Source: Cladosporium halotolerans
Taxonomy: Eukaryota
Length of the DNA: 20,000 nt
NCBI RefSeq assembly: GCF_011745625.1
Contig: NW_027191497.1
Span: 114,961-134,960, forward strand
Direction of reading: 5' to 3'
Shown here in pieces: positions 10,623 through 19,836 of the stretch. The position numbers and the translations under genes were made by a program. The notes beneath the pieces were generated by a model that made no database searches, had not been told where the DNA came from, and worked only from the letters and a program-made list of their open reading frames with translations. Within the stretch, counting starts at the first letter, position 1; each line of letters starts with the position of its first letter.

Positions 10623-10787
10623 TGTGATGGTATTTGGGGGTTGTCGGGGGCGGTTTGGTCGAGGTCGTCGGTGGTCGTTTGGCTGCTGGGTTCAGAGAGC
10701 GAGAATTCGGCGTTGTGTGCGAGCAAAAGTTCGGCTGGGGAGGACGCAGGCCGCGGGATGTGTGCTGCGCAACATGCTCATAAATTC

Positions 10788-10802
10788 GGCACAGTCACGT
10801 GA
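10788..10802. promoter_or_regulatory. Homol-D-like / E-box element upstream of RPL30
   Basis: GGCACAGTCACGTGA about 170 bp upstream of the RPL30 ATG. It contains CAGTCAC (Homol-D core of fungal ribosomal-protein promoters) overlapping the palindrome TCACGTGA. Confidence 0.5.
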
Positions 10803-11462
10803 TTTGCCTCCGTCACGCATCGACCAGCATGCTCTTGCGAGTGAAGTGTTGCACTACCTTACTGAGGTTGGAATGTGGTCACTAAATTGAAGACAGATTG
10901 CAGGATAACAGGTGATTCACGTCGTCATGTCTGCGCCCACCAGTCTTCCTTTCCGTGGCGCATGCCGTTGTGAAGATGGCTGCCCCAACCCGGGATCACA
11001 TGTCCGTCACCGAGTAGACGGCCGGCATGCACGTAATCTCGTACCTCTAGCCGCGTTCGCTCTCTACCGCACTCGTCATGCTCACTCGTGTCACTCCAGC
11101 GATCGCACGCAGCTGACGACGGGTCGGATTAATCAATCGCGGACAACCATGTCCTCCGTGTGTCTCTGAAGCACCCTAATTTCCGGAGCACCGCATGCGA
11201 AACAGCCTTATTAGCCTTAGCCTCCATCCCTCCTACTAGTAACGAGGCCCCACGTCGCCGATCGCCCTCCCACATCCTCCCTGAAGCTTGCTAGGAAAGC
11301 CGACTGCCACCTGCACCGCCTCGAAGCCCGCCGCTGCAGCGTTCCCTATTCTTAGCCGCAAGTACCTGTACCACAGCATGCGTCGCTAGCCCCGCGCTGC
11401 ACCAACAGTCAACAGCCTTCACCAATCATCTTCTACTTGGCGCCGCAGTAAATACCGCCAGC

Positions 11463-13478
11463 ATGTCATCCGCGACCGCCAAAAAGCCGCCCGTCCCTGG
11501 CACCACCACCGCCCGGAGGCAATCCCAGAACCCGTCCACGTCGTCGCCTTCGCGAAGCCCTTCCAGGATAGGCGCGCAGAACTCGGCTGGATCAGCGACT
11601 GCTTCGAGCGTCAACAGGACTCGATCGACCCGGACTGGAACTCCTGTGTCAGCCAGGGCGGCCGCCAGGAAGCCCGCTCCTTCCAACGAGGCCGATAACG
11701 AAGCGAAAGCGGAGTTGCAGGTGAAAATGGAAGAACTCCAGGAGCAGCTTCGCCAGGCCGAGGAGAACTCGGCCGAAGTCCAGAAGCAAGCGGCGGTGCT
11801 GCAGGTCAAGCTGGACGAGGCGCTTAAGGAGACCTCAATGCTGGAGGAGCATGTTCACGAACACACTGAGCGCATCAATGATCTGGAGAACGAGAAGAAA
11901 GAGAATCTTCGCGCCCGCAGAGAGATGGAGCAGATCTACGAGAGCGAGCGCGCGGCCTTCATGAAAGAGCGGGAGGAGACCCAGACCAAGGAGGAGGAAA
12001 TGCAGGCTTCGATACAGCGCATGAAAGAGACGCTCGCGCAGAAAGAAATGCGCGCCGGCCTCGACGATGGAAAGAAGCCAGACCTATCGCGTAACTCTAG
12101 CTTCCGCAATAGCATGTCTTCCTCGCCTAACCCCGACGCCGGCCAATTCGCGCCACCTTCAGTTCAACGCAGCGATTCAAGAGGTAGCGACTCTAGGAAC
12201 AGCTCCCGACTCGTGATGCAGAAAGACAAGGTCATCGAAGGTCTGCGACTGGAACTTGCCGAAGCGCAGATCAAGCTCGTGGAGGTGGAGAACATGGGTG
12301 GCGGAAGGCTGCAAAAGATTGAAAACGAAATGTACGAGACCAAGGTGCAGAATGCTCGCTTGATGGAGGAGAATGAGAGTTTCCAGCTCCTGCTAAGCGA
12401 GAAGACACTTAACGGGGACTTCTCTAACAGTGAATTCCTTAGGCCGCACTCGAACGTTGATTCAAGGCCGTCATCGTCGCGTCAAGCCACGGGAAACACT
12501 TTGGCGGACGAACTTGAGGGTGAAGAGGAGGGCGAAGTTGGCGAGGATACTCGCAAGTTGCAGGCCGAGCTCGCTGCTGCGAAAGACCAGAACAAGGCCC
12601 TGACGCTGTACATCAACAACATCATCTCTCGCCTCTTGCAGCATGACCAATTTGAGCAGATCCTCGACAAGACCCCAGATCTTATGTCAGGCCAGCCTGC
12701 ATCCAACAACAAGCCGAACAAGCCTGCCAACACGGAGAAGGAACTGCCGCCTCCGCCACCGGAGAAAGATGAGCAGCCGACTGGTCTGTTGCAGCGAGCC
12801 CGGAGTGTCATGGGCGGCAAGAAGCCCAGACCTCAGTCGCAAATCATCACGTCAGAGCAGGCTCCGAGCATGAACGAGAACCCCAGCACTGCACCCAGTG
12901 TCCCTCTTTACGAGCGACGCAGCGTCAGCGGCGGTCACCGTCGCGCAAACTCCGAGTGGGCCGCCGCGAGCGTCGTGAATAACATGTACCGCGGACCGTC
13001 TCCCGGCAGCATGGCACCAGGCAGCCCTGGTCTGGGTTCACCCACTCAGCGTCCAGTCAGCTATTTCGCAGCACCACAACCGCTCGGTGCGCGCATGCCG
13101 TCGAACACGCGTAACCCATCCGGCAACAACGTCCCGACGATTGACGAGAACAACGTGACCTCCAGCAACGCGGAGAACGCGAACCCAACCTCCGCGCCCA
13201 ACCCCAACCGCATGAGCATACCTTCAAACCCCTTGATCGACGCACACGACGAAACAGGAGATGCCAGCAACCCATCGTCTCCGCCGCGCAGCGTCACCTC
13301 CAGCGGCGACCGCGAATCGCGCGCAGGCGGCAGCGGAGCCGTCATGATGGGCAGCAAAATGCGGCCACTGCGCCTCGTCAAAGAAGCCGAAACGCAAGAC
13401 GACGCAGCCAAGAAGCAGGCGAACCGTGGCAGCTGGTTCGGGTGGATGAACAAGGGTGCTTCGGCGAATCCCCAGTAG
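11463..13478 (+). CDS. Conserved fungal coiled-coil protein, 671 aa, with a possible Rab11-FIP-type Rab-binding domain
   Basis: Long intronless ORF with good start context. S/T/R-rich N-terminus, long E/K/Q heptad region, blocks QNARLMEENESFQLLLSEKTLNGDF and DQNKALTLYINNIISRLL, then a disordered P/S tail ending GSKMRPLRLV...RGSWFGW. Confidence 0.88.
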   Translation: MSSATAKKPPVPGTTTARRQSQNPSTSSPSRSPSRIGAQNSAGSATASSVNRTRSTRTGTPVSARAAARKPAPSNEADNEAKAELQVKMEELQEQLRQAEENSAEVQKQAAVLQVKLDEALKETSMLEEHVHEHTERINDLENEKKENLRARREMEQIYESERAAFMKEREETQTKEEEMQASIQRMKETLAQKEMRAGLDDGKKPDLSRNSSFRNSMSSSPNPDAGQFAPPSVQRSDSRGSDSRNSSRLVMQKDKVIEGLRLELAEAQIKLVEVENMGGGRLQKIENEMYETKVQNARLMEENESFQLLLSEKTLNGDFSNSEFLRPHSNVDSRPSSSRQATGNTLADELEGEEEGEVGEDTRKLQAELAAAKDQNKALTLYINNIISRLLQHDQFEQILDKTPDLMSGQPASNNKPNKPANTEKELPPPPPEKDEQPTGLLQRARSVMGGKKPRPQSQIITSEQAPSMNENPSTAPSVPLYERRSVSGGHRRANSEWAAASVVNNMYRGPSPGSMAPGSPGLGSPTQRPVSYFAAPQPLGARMPSNTRNPSGNNVPTIDENNVTSSNAENANPTSAPNPNRMSIPSNPLIDAHDETGDASNPSSPPRSVTSSGDRESRAGGSGAVMMGSKMRPLRLVKEAETQDDAAKKQANRGSWFGWMNKGASANPQ

Positions 13479-14047
13479 GACTGGACGGTGCTCAGAGACG
13501 GAGTGTTTGGATAAGGGTGTTGGGTCGTCTTCCGTGATTGGTACGATTGGAGTGTGTTTTTTCCCTGGGTTGTTTAGACCGGTTTGGATGTTTATCCTAA
13601 TCTGGACCCGCACAATACCCTTGCTTTTTGGTCCTTTTGATGCCGCAGGTTTCAGGAGGGTTTTATCATTTATTATTGAGACTTCGGCTCTCTGCTAGAC
13701 TTGCGGGCCTCACGAGGCATGCGTAGACTTAATGACAATTGGTTTTTTTTTCCCTTTTGACCGTACGTCTATCGGATCCAGCCTTCTTCCCCGATCTAAC
13801 AATCCAAATAGTACAATCCGTGCGGCCGTAGAATGCCTACACATGTAGGCGTGATCCATCTGGGCCCTGAGTTTCAGCCCTGTGCCTGACGTCTCACGTC
13901 ATGCCAAAGCTCACAGACGTCCACCAGCGACCTTCACATGCGAAGCATTCCCTCCATTGTCAACCAACGTCCTAGAAACATACCCACTCTACGAATCGAG
14001 ACACTCCCTCGCCAGCACGCCCACCCTACCATGCCCCTATTACTACG

Positions 14048-14969
14048 ATGTAAGCGCACCATCATCTCCCACCATCTCCAAACCACAACCTAACATGCCC
14101 TCCCAAGGATCGACCCATCAACCCGCCTCCGCCGCGCCATCCAACTGAACGACCCCGTCCTCGTCGCCCGCCTAATCCGCCTGCATCCCACCCTCCTCTC
14201 CAATCCCGACTTCGCCAACAAATCCAACACCTCGCTGCACCTCGCGGCCTCAACCGGCAGCGTGCCCATCGTGCAACTCCTCATCGCCGCCGGGCACGAG
14301 CACGCCGAAATCTCCCGCAACGCCCTGCAAGAAACACCGCTGATGCTGGCCGCGCGCAACGGCCACGTGCCCGCCGCGCGCGCGCTGGTCGAGGCCTTCC
14401 CGCGCTGCGTGCCGATGGTCGACAACCGAGGCCTCGACGCGCTGGCCCTCTGCGCGCAGAGCGCGTCCGGCGAGAGCACGGCGCTCATGCCCATACTCCT
14501 CCAGCAGCCGGGCTCCTCCGCAGCGTCAGCGCACAGCCGCGACGCAGACGGCAACACGCCGCTCCACCACGCTTCCGCCGCAGGCAACCTGGCCGCGCTG
14601 CGGATCCTGCTGGCGGCGGGCGCGAACCCGCTGGCAAAGAACGACTACGATTGGACGCCGCTGGCGTACAGCCAGACGGTGGCGGCGGAGGTGTACTTCA
14701 AGAACCTTGTGGCGGAGTTCGAGCGGCGGAAAGTGGAAGGGCAGCGGGTTGGGGAGGAGAGGGAGAGGCAGCGGGCGGCGGGGGTGCGGTTGGTAGAAGA
14801 GCCTGGGTCGCGGCCGGGGACGGCACAGCCGACGCACGAGGAGATTCCGGAGCTGGGGGTTGGGCAGTGGAGTCCCGGGAACAGAGGGGGGATTGTGGTG
14901 AGGGATCGGAGACCGGAGAGGGGGTTGGGGATCGAGGGGATGAGGATGAGGGCGGGGAGTGGAGATTGA
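14048..14969 (+). CDS. AVO2: Ankyrin-repeat protein, Avo2-like (TORC2-associated), 287 aa; coding exons 14048-14049 and 14108-14969
   Basis: Splicing GTAAGC(14050)...CCTAAC...AAG(14107) gives MIDPSTRLRRAIQLNDPVLVARLIRLHPTLLSNPDF, resembling the yeast Avo2 N-terminus (PSVRLREAI). Ankyrin motifs NTSLHLAA, ETPLMLAA, GNTPLHHAS, WTPLAYS. Confidence 0.8.
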
Positions 14970-15165
14970 TGAGGATGTGAGAGTGAGAGGTTTTGGAACT
15001 GTTTTCCTCGTTCGTTCAGCTATGATACCCATGCTTTGCTATGTACGCTTTCGCATCAGAGTTTGCCTTTTGAGTGTTTTCTATCCAATGCCGCGTGATT
15101 CAACATTTTCGGCTCGGTTCCTCAGCTATAATACACATGCTTTGCTACAGCATGACGATCCCACA

Positions 15166-18100
15166 TCAGAACTTGCCCTTAGGCATCTTCTTATCCACGC
15201 CGAAAGCTTCAACCTCCTTCGACTTGTAGTAGTGCGGTGCGACCTCGCTCAGCCACTCCGGCTGAAGCGGCATGACGCTGCGCATAAACTCCTTGCTGGT
15301 GAGGACGAGTTCGTAGAAAATGACCCACTTAGGCTTGCTCTCCAGCAGCACGCCACTGGGGTGCAGGTGGACCGTCATGTTATTCTTCACAGTGCGATAT
15401 GTGTCACCCGACCTCTGCAATCTGGCTGCGTTCGGGAAGAAGCCGGCCGTGAGAGCCTTCTGGATGGGCTGGATGTTGGAAGCACCGCAGGACGAGGGAG
15501 CGACTTCAACGCGGTCGCACAGCTTGACGAGCTGATCGCGGACATCGCGCGCTCTGGTGAGAGAGCGCTGCTGCAGAAAGTTCTCCTTCGCCCAGACGTA
15601 CGAGAAGTCGCTGTCGACCCATTGGTTGAAGATGTTGAGATACGTCAGGTGATCACCGCCCTCCTTGATCGTGAAACGGTTGCGAGCAGCGTCGGCTTGC
15701 ATCTTCTTGTCTTTGGGGCGGTAAAACAGAGCGCTTGCCTCGCCCAGCATCGCCACAATACTCAAAACCTCGTCAACGCAGCCTTCCTTGTCGGCCGCGA
15801 GGACGGCCTTAGCGAGCATGGGGTCGGTAGGGAACTCGGCCATCTGGCGACCCATCTTTGTGAGCTCACCTTTGTCGTTGAGGGCTCCGAGAGCATAGAG
15901 CTGCTCCAACGAACGAATGAGCATGTCCGGTGACGGCGGGTCCATGAAGTCAAAAGAGATAAGATCGTTGATGCCTAGCGATTTGAGCAGCAGGACCACG
16001 CTGTTGAGGTTGGTACGTTGGATTTCAGGAGTGGTGCTCTCCGGCAGATCGTTGTAGTACGCCCATTTCGTGTACAGTCTGAAGGCTTTGCCGGGTGCAG
16101 TGCGACCGGCACGGCCGGCACGCTGGTTTGCAGATGCTCGAGAAATCGGTACTGCGACCAAGCTCTCCATGTTCGTGGCGGGCGTGTACCTGTTTTCCTT
16201 GACGTAGCCTGGGTCGATGACATAGACGATGTTGTCGATGGTGAGCGAGGTTTCGGCGATGTTGGTTGCCAGCACAACCTTCCTGCATTTGGGCGGCGTC
16301 GGATCGAAAATCTTCTGCTGCAAGTCTGTGGGCAGGTTGGCGTAGATTGGACAAATAATCAGTTCTGGAGCAGCACTACCAAGCTTTTTCGCCGTCTCCT
16401 GTAAAGATAGCTCGGCCTGTTCGATCTCGTCTTGACCAGTCAAGAACACCAGAATGTCACCAGGCATTGGCTGAGAAAGGTGAATCTGGAAGACAGTCGT
16501 GATAGCAGCCGAGAGGTAGTTGGCCTCCGGCTGCATAGAATAGTTCATTTCGACGTCGAAGGTGCGACCAGGAATGTTGAGAATGGGTGCGCCGTCGAAG
16601 AATTCCGAAAACTTCTGCGCATCGAGCGTCGCAGAGGAGATCAACAGCTTCAGGTCTGGGCGTCCTCTTGCGATATCCTTGACGAGACCGAACAGAATAT
16701 CCGTGTGCAGTGTACGCTCGTGGGCCTCGTCGATCATCAAAGCGCTGTATCCGCCGAGATCCGGCTCGGTCAAGAACTCTCTCAGCAGCATACCGTCGGT
16801 CATGTATTTGAGCTTGGTCTTCTCGGTAGTAGCATCCTCGAATCGGATGGCGTAACCGACTTCGTTGCCGACCTTGACACCCACCTCTTCGGCGACGCGA
16901 GTAGCAACACTCATGGCTGCCACACGGCGAGGCTGGGTGCAGCCGACCTTCTGCCCGTTGTTGCAATAACCCTCTTCATACAGGTATTGAGGAAGCTGTG
17001 TTGTCTTGCCAGATCCAGTCTCTCCCACGATGATGAGGACTTGATATTCCTTTACAGCGTCCAAAAAGGTCTGCCTGTACTGGTACACCGGTAATGACTT
17101 CCGCTTCTCCTCGATAGTTTTCGCCTTCCTCTCTGCCGCAAGGAGTTGCTGTGCCATCATGCGCTCCTCCTGAGATTGCATGTTGTTCATTCCTCCCTGC
17201 AGAACAGCATCGGTCATCCACTTGAGCTGCTGCTCCTCGTCGAAGACGTAGTCGTACTCGTGCTGGTTCTGGCGCTCTGCCACCACGATTTGGGCTTTCG
17301 TCTTCGCAAGCTGCTCTCGTTCCCACTCCTCATGCTCCGTGACATATTTCTCGCGACCACGCTCGTCTCGGTCAACGTAGCGGCTGTACAGGGCATTCTC
17401 CTTCTTCTTGACATCCATCTTGCCCTTTTCGGTGATGTAGTCATCCGGCATTGCATAGCCATCCACCCAGTCGTCGATGTTCTCACGCTCCTCTGCAAGC
17501 CGCAGGGCCTCTCTGTTGCGCGCAAACTCGTCCTTCTCTCCTTGTGTCAGAGCAGGGTTACTTCTCTCCTCCTGCTCTTCGTCCATGACTTGCTTCCGCA
17601 GCAATATGAGCTCCTGCGCCGAGCGCTTCTGGAGGTAATCCTGACGCGATCTTAACCTGAGCGCCTTCATATCCTCCGCCGACAGTTTGCCGGCTTGTCT
17701 CCTCCGCTCCTCGTCCTCTTGCTCCCGCTTTGCCCGTTCGCCGCCGAGCTTCTTCGTCGAGTCGGCATCCTTGTTGCGGAGGCGATTCTCAAATTCCTTC
17801 TTCTCTCTGCGATCCCGCGTCTCCTCGTCCTCCTCGGGCTCCGGAGTGCGTTCCTTGCGCGGCGGCGAAGCAGATCGGTCCTCGAACCTCGCACGCTTCG
17901 GAGGCGGCGAAGCAAACTCCTCTTCCTCCTCTTCAACCTCCGCATCGCCCCAGCGATCATCGAATTCCCCATCCCTGCGACGCCGCGCCTTCTTGCTCGA
18001 CCGCTCCTTGCTCCTCGACCTCCGCGTCTCGCGCTCAGTCTTATGCCTCGACTTCCTCTCCCTCTCCTTGTCCCCCTTCTTCTCCTCCACAGCGACCTCC

Positions 18101-18393
18101 TCATCCTCCTCCGGCATGTCGACCAGCGCATACTTCTTCCTTGCCTGCTTCGGCTTCGGCGCCTGCGTCGCACCAGCAGACCCCTCGCTCCCCTTTCCGA
18201 CCCTGCTGAACAACCCTTCACTGAACCGCCTCAGATCCGCATCGCCAGACTCCAGCATGCCGGCGAGCTTGTCGAACAGCGCGCCGGGCGATTTGGCGCT
18301 CTTCGCGGTTCCGAGGACGAAGTCGATCATCATGTCCTCGCTGCCGCCGACCAGCTTGATCAGGTTGTCCGAGACGTAGGTGCGGACATCCAT
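15166..18393 (-). CDS. PRP2: Pre-mRNA splicing DEAH-box RNA helicase Prp2/DHX16 (S. pombe Cdc28-like), 1075 aa, intronless
   Basis: Motifs GETGSGKTTQLPQYL, TQPRRVAAMSVA, DEAHER, SAT, QRAGRAGR. The charged N-terminus with RSRQDYLQKR, GYAMPDDY and EHEEWEREQ blocks, and LFGLVKDIAR, point to the DHX16 subfamily rather than Prp16/22/43. Confidence 0.93.
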   Translation of the reverse strand: MDVRTYVSDNLIKLVGGSEDMMIDFVLGTAKSAKSPGALFDKLAGMLESGDADLRRFSEGLFSRVGKGSEGSAGATQAPKPKQARKKYALVDMPEEDEEVAVEEKKGDKERERKSRHKTERETRRSRSKERSSKKARRRRDGEFDDRWGDAEVEEEEEEFASPPPKRARFEDRSASPPRKERTPEPEEDEETRDRREKKEFENRLRNKDADSTKKLGGERAKREQEDEERRRQAGKLSAEDMKALRLRSRQDYLQKRSAQELILLRKQVMDEEQEERSNPALTQGEKDEFARNREALRLAEERENIDDWVDGYAMPDDYITEKGKMDVKKKENALYSRYVDRDERGREKYVTEHEEWEREQLAKTKAQIVVAERQNQHEYDYVFDEEQQLKWMTDAVLQGGMNNMQSQEERMMAQQLLAAERKAKTIEEKRKSLPVYQYRQTFLDAVKEYQVLIIVGETGSGKTTQLPQYLYEEGYCNNGQKVGCTQPRRVAAMSVATRVAEEVGVKVGNEVGYAIRFEDATTEKTKLKYMTDGMLLREFLTEPDLGGYSALMIDEAHERTLHTDILFGLVKDIARGRPDLKLLISSATLDAQKFSEFFDGAPILNIPGRTFDVEMNYSMQPEANYLSAAITTVFQIHLSQPMPGDILVFLTGQDEIEQAELSLQETAKKLGSAAPELIICPIYANLPTDLQQKIFDPTPPKCRKVVLATNIAETSLTIDNIVYVIDPGYVKENRYTPATNMESLVAVPISRASANQRAGRAGRTAPGKAFRLYTKWAYYNDLPESTTPEIQRTNLNSVVLLLKSLGINDLISFDFMDPPSPDMLIRSLEQLYALGALNDKGELTKMGRQMAEFPTDPMLAKAVLAADKEGCVDEVLSIVAMLGEASALFYRPKDKKMQADAARNRFTIKEGGDHLTYLNIFNQWVDSDFSYVWAKENFLQQRSLTRARDVRDQLVKLCDRVEVAPSSCGASNIQPIQKALTAGFFPNAARLQRSGDTYRTVKNNMTVHLHPSGVLLESKPKWVIFYELVLTSKEFMRSVMPLQPEWLSEVAPHYYKSKEVEAFGVDKKMPKGKF

Positions 18394-18556
18394 GGTGGGC
18401 GGCGGGGGTCGCGCGAGCGCGAAGAGAAGGAATGGGAGAAGTTTTAGGTTGTGTCGTGGTTTAGTGTGGTTTGGCGCAAGCTCGTGTGAGGCGAAGCTGT
18501 TGCGGTGCTAGCGCGGAGCTCAGAGGTGGAAGGTGCGACTTGCGCTGCAGCTACGC

Positions 18557-18570
18557 TAGGGTTAGGGTTG
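18557..18570 (+). promoter_or_regulatory. Telomere-like TAGGGTTAGGGTTG element (Tbf1/Tay1-type site) in the divergent PRP2/ncRNA promoter
   Basis: About two TTAGGG units, about 165 bp upstream of the PRP2 ATG. Function is inferred. Confidence 0.45.
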
Positions 18571-19565
18571 AGATTTTGTGGAGTTCCGGCGCGGGTTCTG
18601 AGCTCCAAGCGACCTCCGATTGTGACTTCGTCGAAACGGCTATTGTGCGGTTTCATGTCTTGGACAGTGGAGTGAACTGCTTTCGCTGAGTGGTTTTCTT
18701 CAGGACTGTCGCTGGTCTCAAGATCTTTGATGTCGAAAGATTCGAATCATTTGGAGTAACAACCCATGGTGGGAAGACAGCGAAAGCATATGAATGAAAT
18801 GCAACGTTGGTTGAAACGACGTTTCCATTCATACTTACGTTTCGAAATATCAGTTCACGCAGTGTATTTTCTTCCGTCTTTGTCACGAAACTTTTCAATC
18901 GAACCAACAGACGTTTGGAGGGAATTGAAGACCTTTGCGGGACAGCTCGGCGTCAATCTCCCATGCCGATTTTCCTTCTTGCATTCCGTTGGGTGTGCGA
19001 CTTCGACTTCAAAGGCTTCCACAAGAATAATGTAAAGGCTCGACCCCCGGCAATTTCCCTCACAGAGATAACCATTTCCTTCGACATGGAGAAAAAGGGC
19101 CAAAGGGATATTCAACCGCAGGCTGGTCATCGAATCGATTACCCCAACCCTAACCCTACCAACATCAACTCCTCATCGATCAACTCACCACCCACCGCGC
19201 CGACTTCTCATGATTCTCGCTGAGCGTATAAAATCACCATTTCAAAAGAAAGAATCTTTCTCGCTGCCGTTCATTGAGAGCGCAGCCTTACCTAACCGAT
19301 CGATCGATCGACCCACCACATTCCACGCCCACGAGACACTACCTTATCACTCCATGAACAAACATCCATACAAGCACAGCACGACATCAACACGACCCAA
19401 GGCACATAATTGCCCACACCCCGACACCATCACACCACACCGCTCTCGACGAACCCACGGCCCCGACAATCCCATACACACACACCCAAGACAGACCAGC
19501 CCAAACCAACACCCCCAGCCTCACAGTCCCTCACGGCCAAGTCCCCAACCCTCACTCCGGCAGAC

Positions 19566-19585
19566 CCTACCTACCTACCTACCTA
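19566..19585 (+). repeat. (CCTA)5 microsatellite
   Basis: Read directly from the sequence. Confidence 0.9.
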
Positions 19586-19817
19586 CCCATCCACCTCCCT
19601 CCAGTCTACATACAGTCCACCCCCAGCCCCACCCAGCCAACCCAGCAGAAAAACCACCGCTCCAAACCCGCCGATCCCCCCATCCAGACCGCAACCGCCT
19701 CGACCCCCAACCCTGCATCCCATCAACCTGAAACAGCACTTGCGGCGCGCACGAGCCCGCGCTCCGCCCGGCAGGACAGGGATTGCTTCGGCAGGCTCTG
19801 TGTGCAGATCCGAGGGG

Positions 19818-19836
19818 GAGAGAGAGAGAAAGAGAG
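19818..19836 (+). repeat. Imperfect (GA)n microsatellite
   Basis: gagagagagagaaagagag read directly. Confidence 0.8.

Noticed and set aside
14959..18447. Long + strand ORFs antisense to PRP2 (similar ones overlap RPL10, RPL30 and the GH2 gene)
   Set aside because: Shadow ORFs caused by GC-rich codon bias of the real gene.
18831..18838. ATACTTAC resembling the U1 snRNA 5' end
   Set aside because: Not followed by CTGG or a U1-70K loop, and it sits within the 3' side of a hairpin.
18653..19223. Short ORFs on both strands upstream of PRP2
   Set aside because: Mostly non-ATG starts, no family resemblance and no codon bias like the real genes; RNA structure explains the region better.
19291..19297. 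CCTAACC after a hairpin (19263-19287) as an alternative telomerase template
   Set aside because: Only 7 nt, leaving one alignment base; the 19145-19158 tract is the better candidate.
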